From IMG/VR virus record IMGVR_UViG_3300025108_000030: 64,000 nt of DNA, one strand, 5' to 3'. Shown here in pieces: positions 22,701 to 28,155 of the stretch (its first letter is position 1; each line of letters begins with the position of its first letter). A program made the position numbers and the translations under genes. The notes beneath the pieces were generated by a model. That model saw only the letters and a program-made list of their open reading frames with translations. It had not been told where the DNA came from and did no database searches. The DNA is from an uncultured virus (IMG/VR IMGVR_UViG_3300025108_000030). Taxonomy: Duplodnaviria > Heunggongvirae > Uroviricota > Caudoviricetes > Kyanoviridae.

Positions 22701-25700
22701 AATCTTCTATATGATTCAGGTGCAACTGTAACGGGAAATCAATATTCTGCTATTTTCAGTGATAACACTGCATATAGAGATACTGAAATTCCTACAGATA
22801 TCGATCAAGCAGTTTGGAGACTTCGCGATCTAGTTGATATTGTTACCAAGGGTCTTGCGCCTTCAGGTAATTCAGTTAGAAATGCCGTCAAGAACTTCTA
22901 CTTCAATCTTAAGTACTATAAGGATGAAATTGGAGCACAGATTGATAGTCAGTTTGGTTCTGGTTCTTGGATATATGATTCGTTCCTTGAAGAAACTGCA
23001 AACAATATTGCAGCAGATAGTATCACAACAGATACAAGTTCTGCAAATACTATTGTTGCTTACGAAATCTCACTTTCTAACATTGTTGGAGACTTCACAG
23101 TAGGAGAAACCGTAACATCTAGTAATGGCACCACTGCTCAAGTACTTGAGTTTGATAAAGACAATCAGTCAATGTATGTTGGTACTTTCTCATCTACTGC
23201 TTGGGCAGTTGCTAATACTCTGACGGGCGGAAGTAGTACTGCAACTGCAACTATTGCTGCACCATATGGATCTGTAGTATTTGATGGAACTGGCGACTAC
23301 TTGCAAACTGCTGGTATTGCACTTGGAACTAGCAACTTTACTCTTGAAGGATGGATCCGTCGTGTTGACACAAATACAAACTTCTACGTATCTGGGTCAA
23401 CCACTAATGACTTTGGATTCTTCGTGGGAGCAGGTTCTTCTAATATCGGTTTCTACGGTGGAAGTAGTGCTAACTTTGTTAATCTCACTAACACTACTAT
23501 CAATGTTTCTGGTGGTAGATGGTATCATGTTGCTGTCGTAAGAGAAGGAACGGGTGCTAACCAAACTTCAATCTATATCGACGGTATTCTTCAAGGTAGT
23601 GGAACTGTAGCAACTAACTATGGTTCTACTGCAATCCTCGTAGGTTCGAGTACGACTACTACTGAATATTCCGCTGGAAACATTTCCGACTGGAGATTGT
23701 CTAGCGTTGCTGTTTATCCGAAAGGAACTACGGCAATTGGAGAAAAACTGTTCGCGCTTCCTACAAGACCATTTGTTGCAGCAGACGTTACTGAAACTGA
23801 ACTTCTATTATGTCAAGGTAATACTATTCAAGATAATGGACCTAACACGGTCTCTGTAACTGCTTATGGTGATGCTGCTCCTGCTACAATATCACCATTT
23901 GGTACTTTCCCTGGCGTTTCTAATTCCTTTGATTGGTATAACAGTGTCACTAATGTTGAGATTCTTGCTCAAGCAAGGGCAATCAGTTCGCCAGTCACAG
24001 GAGAAGTTAGCAGTGCAAATCTCTGGACTAATCCAGAAAATCTAAATGCATCTAATTATACCTCTAACTTAGTAGGTTATTACAATAATGCTACCAGTGC
24101 TCCTGATGGAACACAAACTGCTGAAAAACTCTATGCCACAGGTACTGGAGTACACTCACTAACTAGAGATTTCAACCTAACTTCATTTGAAACCTTTGAT
24201 AACTCAACGGTAACATTTGATAGTGGCACTGAAACATTCGATACTGGATTTGGTGGTATTAATGAGCAGCAGTCATTTACATTGTCGGCATTCTTTAAGA
24301 AAGCAGAACTTGATAGTCTCAACTTTAAACTTTCTTTGGATAATCAGTCGAAGAATATTAACTTCAATGTCAACCTTTCCACAGGTCAGGTTGACGTAGG
24401 AACAGTGTTTACAAGTCCTGGCATTACTCTTAATGAATATGGAGTAACACCTGTTGGTGGTGATTGGTTCCGTGTATATGCAACTATCACCTTCGGTTTT
24501 GGTATCGACAATCTTCAAGGAGACTTCGCTATCTATAATCGTTCAGCTATCGCTGCTTCAGGAAATCAAGGTTTCTATGTTTGGGGTATTAAACTCAACT
24601 CTGGTTTCCTTGATCCTTATACTGCTGGATCTGGCAAGTTGTTCTATTCAAATACCGAATATAACATTAAGACATATGCACTGGATCTTCTGACTGAGTA
24701 CATGATTGCTTCAATTTCTAATGAACTTGTTGTCCCTTCTCCTCTTGCTGTTGTAGGTTCGTTCTACCAGGATCCAACATCAGCAGCTGCTCTTCCTGAT
24801 GGTAACTACAGCAATGAATCTATCGCTAGATTGATTCGTTATGGTACTAGTACAATTAAGAATCAGTTTATTAATGATTCATACTATACAAATCTCACTC
24901 AATATAATGCTGTAACTTTCGGTTCTAAAAACTATGGTGTTAGAGATATTCCTGTAGGAATTACTGGAGGACTAAATGCCTCTGATTATTTCTATGGATT
25001 GAGTTCTGATTCAAATGCTGAACTTGCTAATCTCACTACTAACGAGGGTCTGATCGTTAAAGTTTACAGAAGATTCCGTATAGACGGAGATATTACTGAT
25101 GGTCCATTCACCATGAATGAAACTGTTGCTAAGCAGGGTGCTCCTAGTATCACTGGTGTAGTTTACGGATTCTATGAGGATGAGAACTTTAAGTATCTCG
25201 ATGTTGAAGTTACTGCTGGTCCTTGGGCGGTTACAGACTTTATCGTTGGTGGGGAGAACTCAACAACTGCACAAATTAGTGCCATCGAAGATCGCATTCA
25301 TATCATCGATCTTCAGGGAGACTTTGTTGAGGATATTCAATTCCTTGGTTATACTTCTGGAGCAGTTGCTGAACCTACTTCATTCATCAAAACAGAAGCA
25401 TCTGTTACTTCCAATAGTGGAGGTCTCCTGACAGTTGACACTGAGAGTTTGGTAGGGACTTTTGAGAAAAACTCAGTAGTCTATCCAGCATCGTCTAGAA
25501 AGTACATTGATGTATCTCAGGTTTCTGGTCTTCAGGTATCGGTTGGTGATCGCATCGCGTCTGATGGATACATTAGATTGGGTGTCTCTGTTATTTCAAC
25601 TTCAAATGTATTCATTGTTGGAAATAGGATCTATAAGGTTGTTAATAATCTTCAAGATAACAGTGTATATGGTGTTATCACTGAAGTAGATCTAGATAAC

Positions 25701-26909
25701 AACTATATCTACATTACCATGATTCAAGGTGAGTTCCAAAATGGTGACTACATCGGAGATTATGGAGTTGATATTTTCCCTCAAGGTTTCGCCACAATCA
25801 ATACAAAGGTTACGGTTGATGGTGCAGCATCTGCTCGCGTCCAAGACGTCAGAGCAGCAGGATTGAGTAAGAGAATATATCTTACAGATATCGCAGGAGC
25901 ATTTACGAGCAAGGATGCTATTATCGGGTCTTCTTCTTATAAAGCAGTCATCACGGATGTCGTAGATCTTAAAGCTCGCGTGAAGAGAGCATCCAAAGGA
26001 TTTGATGGTACACAAACTAACTTCTCTCTCACCATTGAAAATGGAACTCCATATCTGCCCGATCCAGAAGGACACATGATGATTTTCGTCAATGGTATTC
26101 TTCAACCTCCTGGAGCAACTAACGCATATACAGCGTTCTCCGACCAAATTCAATTCGCTGAGGCACCAGAACTTGGGTCCTCATTTACTGGATTCTATAT
26201 TGGTAAGATGAGACAGTTGGATGATATCTCGTTTGAATTTGATTCCTTACGCCAGTCATTCAACCTCAAGCGTAATGAAGTATTCTATTCACTCACGCTT
26301 ACAGAAGGTGTTCAATCTACTGTGATTAGACCCGAAAATAATATTATTGTTTCTCTCAATGGTGTTGTTCAGGAACCTGGAGTTGGTTTTGAGATTGTTG
26401 GTTCACGAATCATCTTCTCCGAAATTCCTCGCGTAGATTCCACATTTGTCGCATTCTCTTATGTTGGTTCTGAAGCAGACGTTGATGCTGCTGAGGTAGT
26501 TCCACCAATCGAAGCAGGAGACTTCATCGAGATTGAGGGAGAAACTGAAGATCGTGAGGTAGCGGTTATTGAATCGTCTAACTCTCTCATCACCTTCGAT
26601 TATCTTGGGTCAGTCTTTGGTCAAGGTGCCATCGGGCAATCTGCACTTACGAGCGGATTTATTAACACTGTCCAAGTCACTTCTGGAGGTTCTGGTTACA
26701 CAAGCAGACCTACAGTTAGAATCGACTCTATCTCTGGTTTCGATGGCAATATCCGCGCATTGGTTGGCATCTCTACGGTTCAAATGAACGAGTATGGTTC
26801 TGGATATCAAAATCCAGTTATCGTTATTGAGAGTGAAGTTCCCGATGATTGGACCGCACCAAATCTCGCAGATTATGGTGAAGAACTAGTTGATCCAGAG
26901 ATCGCATAA
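7782..26909 (+). CDS. gp7: giant baseplate wedge initiator gp7 (multidomain, 6375 aa)
   Basis: P.FI..EYPLF.KFIEYYY N-terminus; IKTIKDFYSAKGT..S..YLFKLLYGE; KIQDSYYYQDFSY...VHPASFKVFGE; follows gp6; also carries GSGY repeats, YHYH-like, propeller-like, three LamG-like and phycobiliprotein-like domains. Confidence 0.85.
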   Translation: MDINKVSNVSSYQTPQFIESEYPLFNKFIEYYYQSQEKTGLGQNIVNNFLQYLNIDKLDISILDGASKLVEPISVTDTTITVETVDPFLEKNGSILIGDEVIYYEKTVSSPNIALTPGISYPQVQLKWVLLANNMGDFDGTRTIFPLVSQDNPIGPSSPQHLIVKVYGKTLTPVVDYTISGTNIVYETAPRTALASDDISTTSITYLNGFSENSIVKVDDVSTAFGDNKTTFELTVNNQKYEPVADEFLLAIYDNRLLVPKVDYFTDGSIFVFNTPPLNGRSLSLYSIEAPIPSFGSGAIGYARVNDNGNISSVIPSTNGSGYRFDYPPKVSVNSSVGSSASVKTLVDGIKEVSLLSGGAGYSESNPPTVKVQFPTKEGYTEPTLKATVTNGEVSAIDIVSSGSGYTFTPRITFEQPGGATVAAPTISNGSISGTISITNPGQGYTTPPLVYIDEPTGTDGIKASFTTVLTDGEITAVNILNAGQGYETVPRIAVIDPVGAQVLETIVDGDGRVISVELLFGGSGYTDVPSVYIVDNRQNDVGTYIGGTGATAVAAIFNGQITDINITNFGSGYSADNPPQIVIQKPVDAKASAEVGLQEVTGFSVLKSGTEYTKAQFLGCARAASGITQYTQDGNAVFSNSTVAAEGSVDAPVKCLDALFVKRLLDKYTEQFLPDVPALDYTKIDVRTSIKTIKDFYSAKGTSFSIAYLFKLLYGETVTVSYPKDQIIKPSAATWSVDTVLRATLVSGLPENIQDGLLEQVADISDPNILQATALIENFISIQTAQDTIYELALSEETIQGTFVVPYKTKLAEPLNTTEGIITVDSTIGWPERNGEFVISTGVGSEVVQYKEKSLNQFIECTRSVNGVVEDWDSATQVSSNFNVFINKGTAQEVVLNIVGIVDAQQTTLTDTGSYYLPGDKLLISKLGGTGSGPELTTWLYNVKKLIEVGSITFGGINNQSATVTCNNPHGLLVGDQVTIYGANPIVYNGSFLVTSRDSTTVFQYQLPQPATVVPQGNILVSIDLNKGKSDSSAVNNAISPYTTNIQNTFFNTTNTYIASTGIPNYNIGPFPGSALLPGNQRKLNRFPIVPVTISTKNLIVPGPIGTWVNGVSIWSYKSDVTKIFGSVTSVDITNAGSGYDAAFPPAITISGGEGTGAAATATVNGSISGVTVTEGGSGYTSSPLVSIVGGGGSGASATAIITKGVVSSILVNSGGTGYTSQPSITVVGGGGSGAEGTAAVRGPIQSVTITDGGESYTSNPSIVLSSGTGAVAQAIVNDGRIISIAIISAGSGYTTAPEVTIQGDGFGAVARATIDVDGENAGKVTRIEIINRGIGYSQGTTIINLNSVGQGATFAANVFQWTYNLQETTTVDAAKGSVFEGFNNQYGGEYAHLSNPQRLRYILGDNLFVNVNGQILEQDDQLAHSPIIGWAFDGNPIYGPYGYSDPTNQASSVSRLATSFRLKTNLVYDEITNPTPTRTAGPLLSDEIAGKFVEDYEYTFGLGDLDQYNGRFCKTPEYPNGRYCYFVTIDATEAGNPVFPYILGPSFNSVVDTWNLSTSAVQQNIPVGVVRYRDPYENVDIDVERAPNASTNGLTLENGDLLTFDVEDENRDGVITADEIADPDQIFEESPLQLFDYFPTVKLDSKVDIEVETITKFEDASITGFVVENSGINYQVDDRLIFDNTDTGGDGASARISRIKGESVSGYTFENVSGDNFGVLTTSVPHNLQLGDSVFVDYTPIMDNTNKSFVVRQYKGIEEIVITQSGSGYNEDIPPSLIIDGDGVSGDLEAIVTSVGSIDTVNILNSGSGYSANPRVITSHPQVFKKAEYIVSKIENNENVKVNDVFVNSGKEIFICGKTLDSSGNSVAFVSKLSTTGVKEWEKTLELTSGTEYAEFQKLYVDGDDIWVVGVNRPNILVLDAYNPDIILVKYTQSANGLSASLQFQKGYSGISGSTRADNITCIKKYSDTRYVIGGFTNTNSGSPFDAFIALVDTAGSFAIKRKIASVDDSEKLTDIVVSGDDIYFTLETSNTINDNNVNVAFGKALVGVNAIEIDFIKEYSNAGYSFLDSSLAIDEFNELYINATLRAKSDNVTRDSVWVGKVDVTGDFVWNYRYLAPGRDVNAIGQCAIDIFGDLNIAFNRVDNTTGLKTVDTVKIGYDGVVKNHTTNEFNENRVVGITANAMDVDNSGDVYVFGQTSWNRNEFLLEFTGGATTDTFGNYTPTFVGNDATQSLHLDGGLAKLYGRDIATPANWENAYIEFPNNTLGNSLNENWTLEFMLYQDSASTDTHNQDQQTLVAIGDATDATGGLWLYYDRTSAGPSGKLELVVTNNTTSINSSSGAVQSTLSTMFADDTWQFIGLKKEGNVFTVYVNGISVITATVADTSFTSKKLYIGNIAGRDGTPGSYRKDEQGQYFVDNLKLRNRAIVPTVPSDVSVLPTNGAFALSYSWTDTAWFSAYNDVYDYIDFSGWGVKVDKDADAARIGDQGIQLTTQLGYVRTAVTPVTGSALTIGNTGFALGSLGLQSLDFDDASTVMVEDTETLTYTKDIWSTRTATIPSPGSQKLIISAVVKDRYYFKITDTVKIDNVQILTINQAFRFTVGTKLTLNDSSGAFVNSGYITKVDNENNKVYLAINNNSWTNDLNAGQLSTSQFSEQDTYGIVGPIPLDINQIDSYTFAQVDNTTPGTFTIDLDKYNLDGTFNAAGGQNLDSFAQFKPYSDDDYAVRIDEISGSSTFIVGSVVTINGGDISYNAAYSTATITNLTGVLKITLVANLTKILRVTAVANSDEVYVITGTRHYLTPGSMLNLDGNPSETVGGTVYDEYDGSFPVDTVISPLEFTYKLPQAAITSPATSASDVSIYIKSPVLKMYYGHQYLFDLSHSSMVGGNLSFAKDPLYKLEYSFNSIERVGIPGVTGEGATTPTVKFKVDEDIVTNISYYFDPSRVGDNDSPIIQGSYLDVVGSPYRGTFQVSGIDGATITRGADQIKFPLVNEPEGNADVSRVSYSTSSRRAVGSIDSIRIVNPGGFYTRLPIVSSIQSTRQIERVTINEPGTEYAVGQYTGVPIAGDGEGGFVTITVADGTDSEGGAIPGQVQSVLVTSAGKGYTTASVDIDSIPGILGAGLTGSGAEVTVVIPPFGTAASIFTVGSSVGKIKKLKNNNFGYDYPHDYTLRPEITFPINAQLTSTSILDSVTVTDPGSGYSQAPAVIITGGGGSGAIAQSTIKNGRLDRIEVKDPGLGYSSTPAVELKSSFNYVVNLDLGLLQFSFPHGIAQGSEITLNVVDTGDGADFPIAAGAVGRLNGLTTYYAIAGTANSLEDDQLKFAITPANAALGDALAFTNAGTGRQQVLTTSFGGAATANVITSTFLEGEQVYQGSSFENATAFGFVSTNNGWQVGPRIVKIVDYTGDFNIGESVTGVISKSSGTISSLNIATGVLDVGSITETSGQFIDDVGKPSEIIQKIQDSYYYQDFSYAVKSAISINDWKDILIKNVHPASFKVFGELNLNEYGFVPNKETFFQLTKSVELARQATVPNIQSFALVEPVYTAFDNTEVLFRQKRLTSSENILTSVVQRLDDISNLFDGERIAFPLQIDGSNVVANANQLMIILNGVVQTPDTAFEVQNDSIVFAEPPQPPASVKYVNVTIQPIQVYKFTITNNSGIFPSTNNTVLGTQSGSRLTVTSVVGDDIFGFIAEGNVGIVTALDNATLTGGAGYTDGTYTNVSTTSSGVGTGLTVNITVASGAVTQASINSVGVGYASSEVITITGGTTSATIAVTSVSGFNINELISVGATGFTATLTEITPISNLNLFSFNEQIKNLTGKIAIVEEVNLETGDAVPLADLRYTIGAGTTSIEIIASSALYDTAVPEGVFTIGANYQLGAEIVTVSDVTVGPDSTTLTVQRGQLGTTATSHQEDLPVYGTDINITNELALSKTVGTYQSKPGLFDIQLDDVIIGSQSGVVARITSTSAYQDPVTSEFIEQVNISDGSSFFGLLFNRLTSASYPNVILDNISESQVNIVDFTDNTTDFDAKFPGTEFISNLVIPYDNATGTFQENEVIRNYKLGYGNVTGSFNSAEDMVTKKLAFDGRVGSGFFQLGQVIRTQDTKGEVIGYNQALSTIYLGKVGRTLSTGEDYHQVTFANNAQLDTDQSHYGLTSLLLDGTGDYLSIPTSTEFGFGTGAFTIECWIRPSSVTGTQQIFDFRATATEVSSELLLVGTNLNYRVNGSTTITGTATLEVDTWYHVAISRNAATTKLFVNGTQDGGDFADGGNYGSTKPIIIGASYAFGDGFAGHIDEFRVSNTSRYQTTFTAPTGIFQGDANTKLLLHFEGADTQTYIEDWSGGESFTDNEDFNNDAILKNWNENSTNLPAGFAGKSQRYYDAANLIESNKEFVAKEAVYLLTQQYPSLVIPGGNVNCEDDVRDILTALIEDLRNGCNSHIWDASALYVNRTVNPVTISHVDTEVTETVWAYDKVKDILQYIINNTLWSVSGSHGVRQITDTTITDSSTSSFTTIQPSAISYDAATGDMVMTSGGHGLTTANTIAIAAESLTFTCASDGNERELVHPRVSDTRAYNQVLAITAVTTDTFTVNVGASPTEQQYGHTFVSASSNAVTVLDYSTGDCADVYSTIGNLLDILTDTLEQADLGTPVDHLATITKVETNYEFVGATVNAFLEVPFTTTYHSAASDILYTNRIDVSARGRFRDASNLINSNAAVIVDKAAHDMLTRYPDLAVDMPRNAAGGSTDGTLRCKTDLGLILSGMAKDIYDGGNFFTVQAANFYIGENDELRHIRLQVWQSVYAHERLGFYAKQAVTGDLTYDNTDNIIVGDWGITNDAGNCANVQSAIDTLVSTINDIIAPTSEDFNIAGDRLYFNREYIAEEITGLTAAYLTYQVDNSNQVAYTYDTAKCERDIKLLITAIISDLQTGGNNSTVDNMNLYLTANGELNHVEEELLPTVFAFEQIRTLGEKAIRNLLYDSGATVTGNQYSAIFSDNTAYRDTEIPTDIDQAVWRLRDLVDIVTKGLAPSGNSVRNAVKNFYFNLKYYKDEIGAQIDSQFGSGSWIYDSFLEETANNIAADSITTDTSSANTIVAYEISLSNIVGDFTVGETVTSSNGTTAQVLEFDKDNQSMYVGTFSSTAWAVANTLTGGSSTATATIAAPYGSVVFDGTGDYLQTAGIALGTSNFTLEGWIRRVDTNTNFYVSGSTTNDFGFFVGAGSSNIGFYGGSSANFVNLTNTTINVSGGRWYHVAVVREGTGANQTSIYIDGILQGSGTVATNYGSTAILVGSSTTTTEYSAGNISDWRLSSVAVYPKGTTAIGEKLFALPTRPFVAADVTETELLLCQGNTIQDNGPNTVSVTAYGDAAPATISPFGTFPGVSNSFDWYNSVTNVEILAQARAISSPVTGEVSSANLWTNPENLNASNYTSNLVGYYNNATSAPDGTQTAEKLYATGTGVHSLTRDFNLTSFETFDNSTVTFDSGTETFDTGFGGINEQQSFTLSAFFKKAELDSLNFKLSLDNQSKNINFNVNLSTGQVDVGTVFTSPGITLNEYGVTPVGGDWFRVYATITFGFGIDNLQGDFAIYNRSAIAASGNQGFYVWGIKLNSGFLDPYTAGSGKLFYSNTEYNIKTYALDLLTEYMIASISNELVVPSPLAVVGSFYQDPTSAAALPDGNYSNESIARLIRYGTSTIKNQFINDSYYTNLTQYNAVTFGSKNYGVRDIPVGITGGLNASDYFYGLSSDSNAELANLTTNEGLIVKVYRRFRIDGDITDGPFTMNETVAKQGAPSITGVVYGFYEDENFKYLDVEVTAGPWAVTDFIVGGENSTTAQISAIEDRIHIIDLQGDFVEDIQFLGYTSGAVAEPTSFIKTEASVTSNSGGLLTVDTESLVGTFEKNSVVYPASSRKYIDVSQVSGLQVSVGDRIASDGYIRLGVSVISTSNVFIVGNRIYKVVNNLQDNSVYGVITEVDLDNNYIYITMIQGEFQNGDYIGDYGVDIFPQGFATINTKVTVDGAASARVQDVRAAGLSKRIYLTDIAGAFTSKDAIIGSSSYKAVITDVVDLKARVKRASKGFDGTQTNFSLTIENGTPYLPDPEGHMMIFVNGILQPPGATNAYTAFSDQIQFAEAPELGSSFTGFYIGKMRQLDDISFEFDSLRQSFNLKRNEVFYSLTLTEGVQSTVIRPENNIIVSLNGVVQEPGVGFEIVGSRIIFSEIPRVDSTFVAFSYVGSEADVDAAEVVPPIEAGDFIEIEGETEDREVAVIESSNSLITFDYLGSVFGQGAIGQSALTSGFINTVQVTSGGSGYTSRPTVRIDSISGFDGNIRALVGISTVQMNEYGSGYQNPVIVIESEVPDDWTAPNLADYGEELVDPEIA

Positions 26910-26912
26910 ATA
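26905..26912 (+). promoter_or_regulatory. T4-type late promoter
   Basis: CATAAATA upstream of the gp9-like gene. Confidence 0.7.
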
Positions 26913-26931
26913 ACTAAAAACGTAGTAAGTA

Positions 26932-28152
26932 ATGGCTAAACAAGCACTAAACCTTGGAGCTTCTGCTAATGACAATACGGGGGATACCCTCCGTATTGGT
27001 GGTGATAAAATTAATGATAATTTTAACGAACTATATACCGCTTTAGGTAATGGGGTAAGTTTAACTGTTAATACATTGAACCCCATATCGGGGCAAGTTC
27101 TTCGTTATAACGGATCTACCTTTCTTCCTTCAGATTATAGTAATCTTACATCTGCTTTGGATGTAAATGGTAACTCAATTATCTCCTCTAGTGATGGCAA
27201 TATTCCAATTGCTGCAAATGGAACTGGTCTAATTACACTAGCATCTAACTCGGTCACTTCGACATTTGGTGCTACTGTTGACATTCCTACTAGTGTAAAA
27301 TATAAGAATGAGTATGCATCCTTAGCAGCTGCTCCTGCTGCAGCATCCTATCCTGGTTATTTCTTTACCGTAGATGGTACTGATGATCCTTATGTAAACA
27401 TCAATATCACTGAGGGTGGTCTTGGTGATGTTAGAGCAAAACTTCTTACTGAGTATTCAAGTATTGATGACTTGAGTAATGTTGATGTTACAACAGCAGC
27501 ACCAACAACAAATCAAATTCTTAAGTGGGATGGATCTAATTGGGTTCCTGGAGATGATCAAGCAGGTGTAAGTGCCATTAATGTTTTCCAGACTGTTAAT
27601 GCAGATTCAGGAACTACTACAGCAAACAGTCAAGCAGATACACTTACTATTGCTGGTGGTACTAATATTACTACAGCAGTTTCTGGCGATACCGTAACGG
27701 TAAACTTTAGCGGTACTCTTACCACTACTCTGGCAGCATTAACTGATACTGAAACTGCTGGTCTTACTCAGGGCGATATGCTCTATTGGAATGGTTCTAA
27801 CTGGATACCAACTCGTAGTCCGATGATTTGGTATGAACTTGGAGCGCCTCCAGGAAACAATTCCAGTTACTATACAATAGCAGGACCTGGATTTGATGGA
27901 CTTGCTCAAAATCCTAATGTTTATGTTCATAGAGGATTTACATATGCCTTCGATAATAGTGTTGAAGGTGGTGGGCATCCCTTTAGGATTCAATCTACTC
28001 AAGGACTGACAGGCACACCGTATACCACTGGTCAGAGTGGAAGTATAACTAACGTTCTTTATTGGACAATTCCTCATGATGCACCTAATACATTGTACTA
28101 TCAATGTACTCTGCACTCTGGGATGAATGGCACCTTTACCGTCGTAAACTGA
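26932..28152 (+). CDS. gp9: gp9/gp10-like baseplate tail-fiber connector with C-terminal cupredoxin-like domain
   Basis: MAKQALNLGASANDNTGDTLRIGGDKINDNFNELY is the T4 gp9/gp10 N-terminal motif; L.W.GSNW repeats; HPF...YYQCTLHSGM. Confidence 0.75.
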   Translation: MAKQALNLGASANDNTGDTLRIGGDKINDNFNELYTALGNGVSLTVNTLNPISGQVLRYNGSTFLPSDYSNLTSALDVNGNSIISSSDGNIPIAANGTGLITLASNSVTSTFGATVDIPTSVKYKNEYASLAAAPAAASYPGYFFTVDGTDDPYVNINITEGGLGDVRAKLLTEYSSIDDLSNVDVTTAAPTTNQILKWDGSNWVPGDDQAGVSAINVFQTVNADSGTTTANSQADTLTIAGGTNITTAVSGDTVTVNFSGTLTTTLAALTDTETAGLTQGDMLYWNGSNWIPTRSPMIWYELGAPPGNNSSYYTIAGPGFDGLAQNPNVYVHRGFTYAFDNSVEGGGHPFRIQSTQGLTGTPYTTGQSGSITNVLYWTIPHDAPNTLYYQCTLHSGMNGTFTVVN

Positions 28153-28155
28153 TAA

